A stretch of 60,696 bases of DNA from Rotaria magnacalcarata (taxonomy: Eukaryota): assembly GCA_965140935.1 (NCBI GenBank), contig CBCSLL010000017.1:225104-285799 (forward strand). The letters run 5' to 3'. Both the position numbers and the translations under genes were made by a program. Shown here one piece after another: positions 38,368 to 49,436 of the stretch (positions are counted from its first letter, which is position 1; every line of letters starts with the position of its first letter). The notes under the pieces are model-generated. The model was not told where the DNA came from. It saw only the letters and a list, made by a program, of their open reading frames with translations, and ran no database searches.

Positions 38368-40214
38368 CTAATCAATAATATCAAAGGATGTTGCTGCAAG
38401 TGTAACTAAAGATGACATTGTTGCAATGTGTTTGCAATATATTGTAAATAGTTGTTCAGCCAATGATAAAACTTGTCGGACATCAAGCGTTTTCTGACGC
38501 TCTTGAATCGCTGACAATGCTTCAAGTTCATCACGAGCATCAAATAAACATGCACGAAATAATGATATCATTGCAATACAAACAAATAAATCAAACGAAC
38601 CACCATACTCTTCATTAATTTTAGAATGGGTTTCTGTTGATATTGTTGAACAGCTAGTACTAATACCTTTCTTTTCGGCTCGTTCTAATTGAATATCGTG
38701 CAATAAACGTTCTGCAGCTAAAGTATTTTCTTCCAGAAAATGACTACACACCACTTCGAAACATATTAATGTATCTTCTTCTTCGGAAAATTCACGGCGA
38801 AAACATAAAAATAACCAACCTATGGTTAAATACACATGAGAATATTAATTATTAGTAAAGAAAAAGAAAAATCGATAACATACGATGACAAAATGTCCAT
38901 AATTCAATATCGAGCGATACAACACGATTATATAATGATTGATCAACAATTTCGACAAGTTTTGGTAGCTGTTTTATTTTCAATGCTATACCTGATCTTG
39001 TAAAATGTTCACCCGATTGATTTATATAATAAGCAAAACAGAAATATGCTTCGTGTTCATTATAAGAAAATACTCGAAGAAAACTATAAGCCATATCATT
39101 CATTCCTAAGAATATCAAGAAGCTATTTTTTATATTTCACTTACTATGAGTACCTTGTGAGTAACCGATTCTGGGATTATAGCATGCGAATGTAACAAGT
39201 AAACGCGTTAATGGCCCATAATTGTAATTGTCGGGTTTTTGCTCTGATGATATGAAATCTGTTCGATGTAAATCTTTAGCAATCAGTCGTACATGATGAT
39301 CCATATCTGACCAAACAAATTTCGGTTTATACGCTTCAATGCGTTGTTGAATCGAAAAGAAAATTTGACTGGAGCCGACAGGTTCTTTTAATCTGTTAGC
39401 AGATAAATGGGGTACGTTTGAGCGAACTAGAATTCATACAAAGGAGAACATAAATGCAAAATAAAAATAAGAATTTTTATTTACGTTCTTCTGGCATTTC
39501 TTTTTGACATCGTTCCCACATAAAATCATATCGTAATCTACGCTCAACGTCGATAGTTTCTTGTTCTCTATTAATCGATGATAGAATAAAAGTCATATAG
39601 AATATAAATCTTACACTTTAGAAAGAAGCGGTGGATAGAAACCAAAGAGATATTTCCATGCGTTTGGTCGAAGGTCATTATTTATACCACCTAAACCATG
39701 AGAAATTATTCTTAGAGAATATTTAGTAAAAATGCAAGGAAAATAGTAGTCCTTAACCAGATCGTATTCTTTTGTAGATTTAACAGACTTTGAACTCACT
39801 ATTGAACTTTAATCTATTCGAAGATGAACACAATATTTGGTTAGAGCGAATATGAAGAAAAGTATTTCTTGCTCTTTTTTTATGAATACCGAAAACAATT
39901 TTAAAATTGTAGATGATCATCTCAATTGAGGAAACTCCTAACAATACGAATATTTGAAATTTCGAATTCTAACATTTTACGGATATGTTATTTTATTTGT
40001 ATAACTTGTAATGATAATACAATGAGTTTTAATGTGGTCTATGAGTAACTGTTAAATATTTTTTCAGTCTACTGACCTACCTCTCACCTTTGAAAACAGC
40101 TTTTCTAAATTCATGTTCTTTCACAAGTCGACCATCAGAGTCGAAAAATGATTGAAATCGTTCCTGATCTAATAATTTCCACCGTTGTTCTTCTACATTA
40201 TTATTATTCGTCAT
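38368..40214 (-). CDS. TBC-domain Rab GTPase-activating protein (TBC1D15/17-like); multi-exon span
   Basis: ATG 40214 (MTNNNNVEEQRWKLLDQERF...). TBC signatures: GGINNDLRPNAWKYLFGFYPP (arginine-finger region), IAKDLHRTDFISS (IxxDxxRT), NPRIGYSQGTH (YxQ), and the C-terminal FRREFSEEEDTLICFEVVCS, which resembles FKREF.FEDVLRLWEV. Stop at 38368. Confidence 0.7.
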
Positions 40215-40454
40215 CTTAAAACGAAAATAAGTCTAGATATGGAACCAAAAGTGAAAAATAAGGAAAAGAAAATATTAAAAAAAAAACCGAAAGAATGTGT
40301 CTCTATAATATTTTATTCAATGTATTGACCTATGAGCACTTCTTCTGAATTATCTAGATCATACAAAATAGTGTTTTTTTCTAATTTACAACGCATACTT
40401 ATATATCTATATACACAAACACACACGTGCGAGAAAAAGAAAACAGATATCTTT

Positions 40455-41327
40455 TTAGCGAATATAAGTTTTCATCAGACGAATGATCTGTTGCTGTTGT
40501 TCATACAAATAACTGACATTTGCTTCTGCTTTTTCAAGATCATCAAGCCAATGAGGATGCGTTGCAAATAATTGCTCGAAATGTAGGTAGAAAAATAAAT
40601 AGAACCATGTTTCGCTGACGGGCAAAGAACGATTTGAATTATTAACACAAATTATATTTGAATATGTTTCTTCAGCAATTTGTTTCGCTTGAAAAAATGT
40701 ACAATTAGAACCAGCACGTACTATTGCGTCTATTATAAATGTTTCTTCGGTTGGTGATAAACTATGGCAAACGAAATTTGAACACATAACAATCGGTTGA
40801 TCAGTTGTATGTCGAAATAAAAGAGACGGCAAGGAGGCGTTCGATGGCTACAGAAAAAAAAAATATTATTTTGTCTGTTGTTCATAGCTTAATTACTTGT
40901 TCAGGCTCTGTTTTGATTGTGAGTCGGCGTGCTTTTCCATTTGGTAAACTTGCGTCTTCTAGTTTTCGTTTTTTCTTTCCTTGAATGATCATTGTTTGAA
41001 TAAATTGATGATCATTTTGTAAAGGCTGCGTTGCTAAAATCGAAGCTAAAAAACATCGAATAATTCTAATAGGTGTTTTATCAAATGAAAAGAACATCAT
41101 TTACAATGGTCTTCGGCAATATTTGAATTTGTTTCATCAGGATCTTCTTCATCATCATCATCATTATTATTGCTGCCAAGCTTAAGTTGAAAAAAATCAC
41201 ATGTTGCACCTTTACGCATATTATCAGCTAGTTCAAGTCTTTCGGAAAGATTTGAACATTTAAGAACTTTTGCTGCTTGTTTTATTGCTTCTTGAAATGA
41301 TTCTAAATTTGCTAATGTTATATTCAT
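40455..41327 (-). CDS. Three-exon gene for an about 290-aa nuclear-type protein of unknown family (acidic stretch + KKKRK NLS)
   Basis: Exons about 41101-41327, 40882-41040 and 40455-40810, joined by cat t|gtaaat...ttttag and CAA|gtaatt...ctgtag. Product: MNITLANLESFQEAIKQAAKVLK...DDDDEEDPDE...QGKKKRKLEDASLPNGKARRLTIKTEPEQ...ETWFYLFFYLHFEQLFATHPHWLDDLEKAEANVSYLYEQQQQIIRLMKTYIR. No confident family assignment. Confidence 0.45.
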
Positions 41328-41538
41328 ATCGTATTTGCTTGGTTTGTTTTTGATAAGAATCTATTAAGGAAATTTTTATTTTTGAATATTCAACAATTCT
41401 TGTAGGACTAAATTTTTGTTTTAGACGCTGTGATGATCACTCCGAATCTCTATTATATATATTTCAGGGAGAATTTAAATGAATGTCTCCATACGTAAAC
41501 ACTCATTTTAGATTGTATTCAATAAAAATTAAAGAATA

Positions 41539-41964
41539 TCATACTTCTGAAGCTTTTAATTCCGTAATACGTTGTTTAAATTCGGCAACACCTTCGTATT
41601 TTTCTAACCATTTCTGATCAATGCCTCTAAATAAAATCAACATTTTAACATAATTTACCAAAAAAAATATCATTTACTTACAATCCAAGACTAAATGTTC
41701 CAAAGAACAATACTTCGTAGAGCGTTCGATTTGCTTTGTTTGTCTTCTCCCATACTATACCGGGCCAATAAGGATATTTTTTATATTTACACCATACAAC
41801 GCTGCCACAATCTAAGAAATTTTCATTAAATATAAAATTTAACAAAAACACACTTTTGCCTACGTACCAAATATATGTTGTTTTGGTTGTGGTGGAGAAT
41901 GTTGTCCATTTGTTGACGATGACGATTTACTACTTGTACTAATACTTTTTCGACCAGGAGGCAT
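41539..41964 (-). CDS. Small PWWP-domain protein (HDGF-like), about 108 aa; 3 exons
   Basis: MPPGRKSISTSSKSSSSTNGQHSPPQPKQHIFG | DCGSVVWCKYKKYPYWPGIVWEKTNKANRTLYEVLFFGTFSLGL | GIDQKWLEKYEGVAEFKQRITELKASEV*. The PWWP core resembles HDGF (GDLVFAKMKGYPHWPARI...YQVFFFGTHETAFLG). Stop 41539-41541. Confidence 0.55.
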
Positions 41965-42076
41965 CTAGAAAGTATAGAAGAGGATTAGAATGAAACTCTA
42001 GTTTGACTAATCATTCAAAATAGAAAATAAAAAGAGAATTTATTCAATTAGGAAAATACAAAAACACAAACGTCAA

Positions 42077-43658
42077 TTATAAAATAAATGGGATAATAGC
42101 TTTTCGATTTTTTGGATATGTATCTTTGAATTTGTCAAGATAGAACCTAAATATAATTTCATAATAAAATACAATATCAACGGTAATATTTTTTTTCCAC
42201 ATACTGATGATGATGAATGGCACGGCCGAGTCCAATGTTAGCCCATGTAAAAACCGCAAATGCAAATGCAGGTAATGTCCATGCACAAATAGCATAACCT
42301 GTCCATTCGATGGATTCAGCTAAGAAATTTGCACCAGAAACATATTCGAATAGGCCACCTTGAAAAAAAAAGAATTATGAAACGCTTGTGTAACGATTCT
42401 TTTCGGCTGTTACCTCTTGGAATTTTATAATCACGTTGTTTATCATCTTTACGTAGATTTCTTAGAATTGAGTCTGCTTGAAGATTAAAAATTAATCCAA
42501 TGAAGAAAATAATCGCACCGGATATAAATTGCAATGAAAATAAATAATCTTTTGGGTAAACATGATATGCTAAAATTTCTTGAGCAATCGCATAAGCATT
42601 TATACAACAAAAACAGAATGCAGATATTGTTGTTGAATATGAACTATTTTTTCCACCACGAATTAACATAGGATAAATGAAGACTCTTCATAAGAAATAA
42701 AAAAAAAAAACGTTACACTTTCATCATATGCGCTCCTTCATAAAATCATAATATTGCGTTTGTCTTTTATTTAACTATAGACGTAAACCCTAATATTTTG
42801 TTATTCTAACGACACGCCTCGATAGTATACACGTTTAAACATTTCTACACTTGCTCATGTTCGCTTTTAGAGGTCATCCACAAAGAACATCGAAGAAATC
42901 AGTAGGCGAAGATTGAAACTTTTTCATTTGCCTCAATCATTGATCTTTAATTTTTAATACAATTTGTTATAGCATGAACACGATTGACTAAGGCCTCTGC
43001 GCATTATGAAAATATACTCGATGACCTTCCATTTCAATCATTATAATCTATAGAAAGAACAAAGGAATCAAAGATTTGACTTACTATTTTCTTGAAAAAT
43101 TCATATTAGTTTTCTAGAGAAAAATGCCAATTTATCTAGACATCATATGTGAATAACTAAATTGTGTGTGATCGTTCCTTTTCTTTCATCTAACATATAT
43201 CTTTCGTATTATAATTTCTCGCGATCAGTTTTGATCGAGTTTTTTTTCTTTCGCTCTATCGATTTTAGATACTTTTATGTCTTTCAACGCTAATAACCTC
43301 ACACAAAAAAACAAAAAACTCAACTGTTCACTAGTACAACTTTATGTTTTTATTTATTATGTGCAACATACCTTTGAAAATAATGTATTAGAAAAAGACC
43401 AATTATTGCAAATTTGGTCATGGATAAAGATGACTGGTGGTAATATAAAAGAAAACACGGTACAAAGAAGGATGGAAGTTCTTGAATAAACCAAGCTAAG
43501 CGTGCTGAAATTCCACTACCACTTGTATTGTAACGTCCATAAGTAGCTTTGATATTTAAAACTATTTCAAGAAAAACTACTAAAACTGAACTAATGAGCC
43601 ACATATATGGAAATACATAAGTGACTATGGTTTGATCGTTGGGTATATAGTCAAGCAT
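42077..43658 (-). CDS. 3-oxo-5-alpha-steroid 4-dehydrogenase (steroid 5-alpha-reductase, SRD5A1/2-type) family; 4 exons (43357-43658, 42407-42685, about 42205-42357, 42077-42146)
   Basis: Exon 1: ...GRYNTSGSGISARLAWFIQELPSFFVP...HYFQ(R). Exon 2: VFIYPMLIRGGKNSSYSTTISAFCFCCINAYAIAQ...LQADSILRNLRKDDKQRDYKIPRG. Exon 3: GLFEYVSGANFLAESIEWTGYAICAWTLPAFAFAVFTWANIGLGRAIHHHQ. Exon 4: FYLDKFKDTYPKNRKAIIPFIL*. Near-collinear with human SRD5A1/2 (FIYPFLMRGGKP, HSDHILRNLRKPGDTGYKIPRGGLFEYV, EEYPKFRKIIIPFLF). Confidence 0.85.
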
Positions 43659-44335
43659 TTTGAATAATAAATAATATCGATTTTAATTTATAACACTAAG
43701 GATAAATCCCTAATGAAAAACAAATTTCATTATAAGAAATATTACATCGGGAAAAAAATTAATCGATGTCACTAGTACGGCTTTTTTTCAAAGTGCATTT
43801 TGACACTACTATTGAAAGTAAACGAAAGATCACTGTGAACAAAAATAAATCACAGATGATTACATCACTACTTATTTTTCAATGTTCCGAGTCAACTTTC
43901 TTCATAGACTGAATCGAATGTGTTACCTACATAAGTATCATTATCAAATATTTTACTAATGAGCATTCTCGCACAATTAAGTCTGATCTTTTTTTTCTCT
44001 TTATCGTATCTTCATTGGTTTTCCACTAAGGCACTCACTTATGTAATTAAACAATTCGCCTAATAGTAAAGTAATAGTTGAATCTAATGACTAATCTAAA
44101 ACTAAAAAGAAAAATAAATATTTCAAACAATTACTTTCATAAATAAAATACGGCGAATACTAAAATCTTTGGTGTTAGTAACATCTATGAAAAATGCAAT
44201 TAGTGATCGTATCTCTACATACTTAGATAGTTCTTGATTGCTGTTAGACTCTTAAAACGAAAACGAGAAGATTAATCTAGAGAAACTATCGGTGAAAAAC
44301 CTCGAAGAACAAAGAAACAAGTTCTACTATATATC

Positions 44336-47152
44336 TTAAGCAGTTTGTTGGTCTGTAAACCAATCTGGTAAAATTCCATTTTCTACATATGTTCTGCGTT
44401 GAATTGATTGCGATTCTAGTACGTCAAGTGCACCAAACATAGAACCTATACATTAAATACAATTAATAAAACGAAAAATCAAACAGCTTTACGGCAAAAA
44501 AAAACGATTTTACCTCCTAACCATGCTGTATAATTCAAGTGAGCAGGCGGCGAATGAAAACGGAATTGTTTTATAACTAATCTATTTATATATGCCGGTA
44601 AATTAGCAAGATGAATCAATTCAGCATTGAATCGATGTAAAAAACCTGACATCATAGCTGTACCACCAATAACCAGAATATTATCAGCTAATTGTCGACG
44701 AAAATCAATCGGTGCCTAGAGCATAGGAATATTTCAATTTTAATCACGAACATAATATATCTTTTCTATACTTCAAGTAGACTGTCAAGTACCAATGTTG
44801 CAATGGATCTTCCGTCAATATTTTGTGCGAACAGAGCTTCGCATGCAAATTCTCTATGCAAAAATAAAGAACAACGAGAAAATTCGGATTGTTTTTATTC
44901 TATTCACTATAAACTTATAATACCTAACTATTCCAGGAATATGAATCATGGCGTCTTCATCTACTGGATAGTCAATGGATGCAGCTTCTTTAAATGAACC
45001 GTTCGATTCGTTAGATGTTAATTTATTTTCAGCATAAATTTGTGCACGAGTAAATGGTGAAATGAAACAACACCGAACTAAAGTTAATATTTTAAATTAC
45101 TTTTGCTTTTGAAGAATTCCTTTAACAAACCCTTAATATCTTCCAAAATTTCTTCGGACAATTTTATTTTAGCCGAACTAAATGGTTGTTTCGTTCGTTG
45201 GCGAGTGATTGTGGCATGTTGTTCAAGTAAAAATTGAATTTGTCTAAATAAAAACATTAGTATTAGCTTTTCTTAAATATTTCAAGTTATCGCTTTTTGA
45301 GGTTGAAAAAACCTTTCTTTAGAGACACCATGAAAATTGTAAATAATGACTACGAATGTCAGAGGCTATTCACTTTTTTTTTCATTTTTGTCAATTGAAA
45401 AGAAAATAGCAAAGAAGTAACTGTTCGTAGAGTTTATACGGTAGGTATTATAGTGTAAGATGGGAAGACACTAAGTAATCCTAGCTCATTAGTTCTGTCA
45501 CTCGAGTTAATATGAAAGTGTTCATTTTCTAAGGTGTAAAGCTTTATTATTTATACAATTCTCAGAGAAAGTCTATGACATTCAGAATTCTTTTGTTTTA
45601 TTCATATTGCACATACCTGTGCCGATCTTCATTCGAATGAAATAGGAGTAATAATCTTCATCGTAGTTGTCAAGAAGATTTTTTTAATGTTTTCAAATTT
45701 TAATATAATAAGTGGAAGAATAGTAAAAATAATTTTAGGCGCCACACACTTTATTTTGGAATTCTAAGACTATGGAAAACGAAGATTGAAGTGTGAGAAC
45801 ATGTGATTTTTGATCTTGACTAGTAAAGATAATGTATGGTGTGTTCGTGACAAAAAGAAACAGAAAGATAATTGATAAGAATTCGTAGAGGTCTCTAAGT
45901 GATAGTTGTTTCGATCGCTGCTTGTTTTGAAACGATCCTTGATTTTAAATTAAATACTAAAATCTGCAGTTTTCCCGTGAAGTAACGAATACACAGCAAA
46001 AATACATTTTAAAAATCAAGGATGAAAACTGAAAAATTAATCGGACTTTCATTCATGTGTGTCAACTTGTTGAAGGGCCATCTAGTTTCATATTTTCTTT
46101 TAGGATTATCTTTCTGTATGATTCTACGATATTGTTTCCAAATCTTTAACTACAATTTTCTCATTTCTTTTCGTTACAGAGAAAAGAAATCCTTTGAAGA
46201 TGCACTTTTGTTCGATTTTCTTACTTATGAATAGCTTGACCTGCATATGATAAACTATCGAATCGCATCGGCAATGGTAATCTTTCAGCAATCGGCATGA
46301 TTTGAGCTTCTTTGTAACCGATATCAAGAACGAGTGCTGTATTTTGACCTAATGTATACGTTGCAGCTAGATGTGATGGTATAAATGCTACCGATAATGC
46401 CTACAAAAATAGTATGATTCATATACACACGAACAATCAATTGTTGAAAACAAACTTCAAGTTGTTTTAACAAAATATTGGCGATTAAATGTCGAATACG
46501 TGTTGGTGTAATAACTGATTCAACGATAACTGCACGTCGACCTCGACTATTTGCAATATTATATTTGAACAAAGGCAGATAAAATCAGAGAATTCAACTA
46601 TTGACTCACGTATAATAGACTGATCGAATAAATTCACTAAGACGATCATCGTGTACTATCATAAAATCTGAATTATTTTCAAAGACATGTTTTGTCTGAA
46701 AGAATAAGAACCAAACTATGTGTTAGCAAAAAGCCAAATTCGAAGTATTCAACGAATACTTCTCCATCGATTGTAACAGTAGTCGGAATAATATGACGAG
46801 GTGAAGAATCACCAGCAAAGCCACATCTAGAAAAAGTTGTCATTTCATATTCTGATTGTAAATTATCTTTTTTACAATAGCTACTTCAAACCACTACAAT
46901 TGAAGTTCGATGAAACATTTTATTTTCATAGCAAAATACGCATTCAATTTTCTAAGTAGCCTTCAAATTTTTAATTAAATGATCATTACAGCAGATTAAC
47001 ATTAGTGAATTTTGTTTGTTGAATCAATAAAAACAAACATTCAATTTATGTCGAATACATATTTAATCGACTCACTTCGTATACGCTTGTCCAATATCAA
47101 TAATAATCACTTTTATTTCACTCGCTGCAAGACTATCAATTAACGAAGTCAT
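44336..47152 (-). CDS. ACTR10: Actin-related protein 10 (Arp11, dynactin pointed-end subunit); multi-exon span
   Basis: ATG 47152: MTSLIDSLAASEIKVIIIDIGQAYTK|CGFAGDSSPRHIIPTTV... (human [27 protein letters not shown]). Further matches: RRAVIVESVITPTRIRHLIANILLKQLEV; ALSVAFIPSHLAATYTLGQNTALVLDIGYKEAQIMPI; APIDFRRQLADNILVIGGTAMMSGFLHRF...YTAWLGG. The final exon SMFGALDVLESQSIQRRTYVENGILPDWFTDQQTA* matches the human ACTR10 C-terminus ([35 protein letters not shown]). Confidence 0.9.
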
Positions 47153-47408
47153 GAATAAAAATCTATAAAAACAAAAACAAAAATTAAATAAGCGTAATAT
47201 TATGCACTCGTTCGTTCATCTCTTATCAAAGTGCGTAATTGTTCACTTCTATCGGTGTCTTAGTAACAATCTTTTAGTGCACATCCGTTCCTCTAATATA
47301 AGTAGAAGTACGAGGGCGAAACGGAAATAATCGAACTGAAAAACATTCTATTAGAATTTATATATAAATATTTAAAAAAAAATTTATATTATACATCAGA
47401 AAACAACA

Positions 47409-48110
47409 ATGGAAGAAACACCAAATAAGACAAAGTTAAAAATCAATGCTTGCACTTATCGACGTTTAAGTATCGAACATGAAATGAACGAAAATATTCG
47501 TAAGAAAAATCATTTATCAAAGTTACATTATTATAAACATCGTGAAGATTTGTTTAATAAAAAAATTGATTCTCTTCGAAGAAATTTTGAACATATTGAA
47601 CCTCACGTTTCCGATGATACTGATGATGGAGAAACATTAATGACGCCAAATTGTTTTGCACGTATACAAAATCATTTTCGTTTATTAAATTTTTCAACTG
47701 AATCAGAAAAACGGTTATTATGTCAAGCTCCAGCATATAATAAATCAAGTAAACAAATATCCAATGAATTGCCGACGATTTTACAAAAACGAAATTCTAC
47801 TGGTATAGATCAATGTGTCCGACATGCATCATTTTATCAATCACGTACGTCAGTAAATTATTCATGTCGAACAACACTCAATAGTCGTTTCTCGAGTCCT
47901 GAATCAGTTCAACAAAAAGCTTTGAATTCCTTTGTTAATCACCAATTAGTTGATGAGCAAAACAAACAAATGAAAAACAACGAAAGAAAAACTTTTCTTC
48001 TGAGAGAATTCGACGAACTTAAACATACCATTGACGATCCACATTCGACTCTTTCTGTACTTTCTGCACTATCGCGAGCACTTCTCTTTCTAGATTCAGG
48101 AATAAAATAA
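47409..48110 (+). CDS. Intronless ORF for a 233-aa Lys/Ser/Asn-rich protein with no recognisable domain
   Basis: ATG in an aacaATGg context, with a TATA-like tatataaata about 45 bp upstream (47359-47368). It lies head-to-head with ACTR10 (257 bp between start codons) and tail-to-tail with RPL23. No homology recognised; could be lineage-specific or non-coding. Confidence 0.35.
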   Translation: MEETPNKTKLKINACTYRRLSIEHEMNENIRKKNHLSKLHYYKHREDLFNKKIDSLRRNFEHIEPHVSDDTDDGETLMTPNCFARIQNHFRLLNFSTESEKRLLCQAPAYNKSSKQISNELPTILQKRNSTGIDQCVRHASFYQSRTSVNYSCRTTLNSRFSSPESVQQKALNSFVNHQLVDEQNKQMKNNERKTFLLREFDELKHTIDDPHSTLSVLSALSRALLFLDSGIK

Positions 48111-48292
48111 AATAATCTTTTTTTCTTTTTTTTTTCTTCACAAAACAGCAATTGCATATTTTGATCGCAGATCTTATTTAATCAAAATAGCAAACAAAAA
48201 CAATAAATTTTGTTAGTTTAATTTTTCTCTTTTTTTTTTGTTGTGGTTTTCGGTTCATAGGATGGAAACAAAACAGATAGAAATGTTTTTCG

Positions 48293-48785
48293 TTAAGCTA
48301 CTGATTGTGCATTAGCAGCGATACGTGGCCATAAGTCGGCGCATTCTTTTGCCACTGGTCCTGTTATGGCTGAACCTTTCATTTCGCCTTTGTTATTGAC
48401 GATAACACCGGCATTATCTTCAAAATAAATGAATGTACCATCCTTTCGGCGAAATGCTTTACGCTGTCGGATGACGACTGCTGGCATTACTTTTTTACGT
48501 AAATCAGGTTTGCCTTTTTTAACCGTTGCTAAAAACAAACAAACAAAGAAAGAATAAACAAATCAACAATACGAAATAATTCAGAGAAAACATACAGATA
48601 ATCATGTCGCCAACGCAAGCAGCTGGTAATCGATTGAGGCGCGCACCAAAGCCTTTCACTGAAATAACGTATAAGTTTTTTGCACCTGTATTATCAGCAC
48701 AATTGATTACGGCACCGACTGGTAAACCGAGTGATATACGGAATTTACCACCTCCGACACCACCACGACCTCTTTTTGCTGACAT
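48293..48785 (-). CDS. RPL23: 60S ribosomal protein L23 (uL14); 2 exons (about 48592-48785 and 48293-48530) split by an about 60-bp intron
   Basis: [62 protein letters not shown] | (I)[78 protein letters not shown]. Near-identical to metazoan RPL23 throughout. Donor cT|gtatgt and acceptor ttttag|CAACGG read from the sequence. A TATA-like tatataaatg lies about 40 bp upstream. Confidence 0.95.
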
Positions 48786-49436
48786 GATCGTTTACTAATA
48801 TTAATCTAGAAATATGAACATTTATATAAAAAAAAGAAATGAAACAAACAAACAAACCAAGTTCAGACTTAAAATGTTTTTTGTATTTTTTCTGATATAG
48901 ACGCAAAAAAAAGAGGAGAATAGTAGTAGAGACGACTAACAAGCAAAACAAAACAAAAAAAATATATAGAGAGAAAACAAAGACTATTTGTAGTTTTTTT
49001 TGTTCGTAATGACAAAAAAATGTACATGTTTTTCTTTTTTTTTACAACAACACAAACAACAAGAGAAATTCTTTATAACAATGATTGTAACGAGCGTCAT
49101 TATTGGTTGATTTAAGTAAGGCTCGACTGTAAAAAGAAACAACACAGCAAATAAACAAATAGAAAGATTAACTAATGATGAAAAACAAAAACAAAAACAC
49201 TTTGAAATAGAGAATATCACACACAAGTATTTTTTCTCTATAATCAAACGTTTAAATCGTTAGATGAATGACAAGATTAAAGTTTAATTGTGCTGTGTTG
49301 AAACAAATTCAGAAAACTATAAAAACGAAGGAGAAATGACCGTAGTTACAAGAAAAATGAAAACCAGATTAGTCGAGCACAAAACACGTCAGAGAAAAAT
49401 ACAAGAAACACACAAAAAAAAAGAAGAAGAAGAGAT

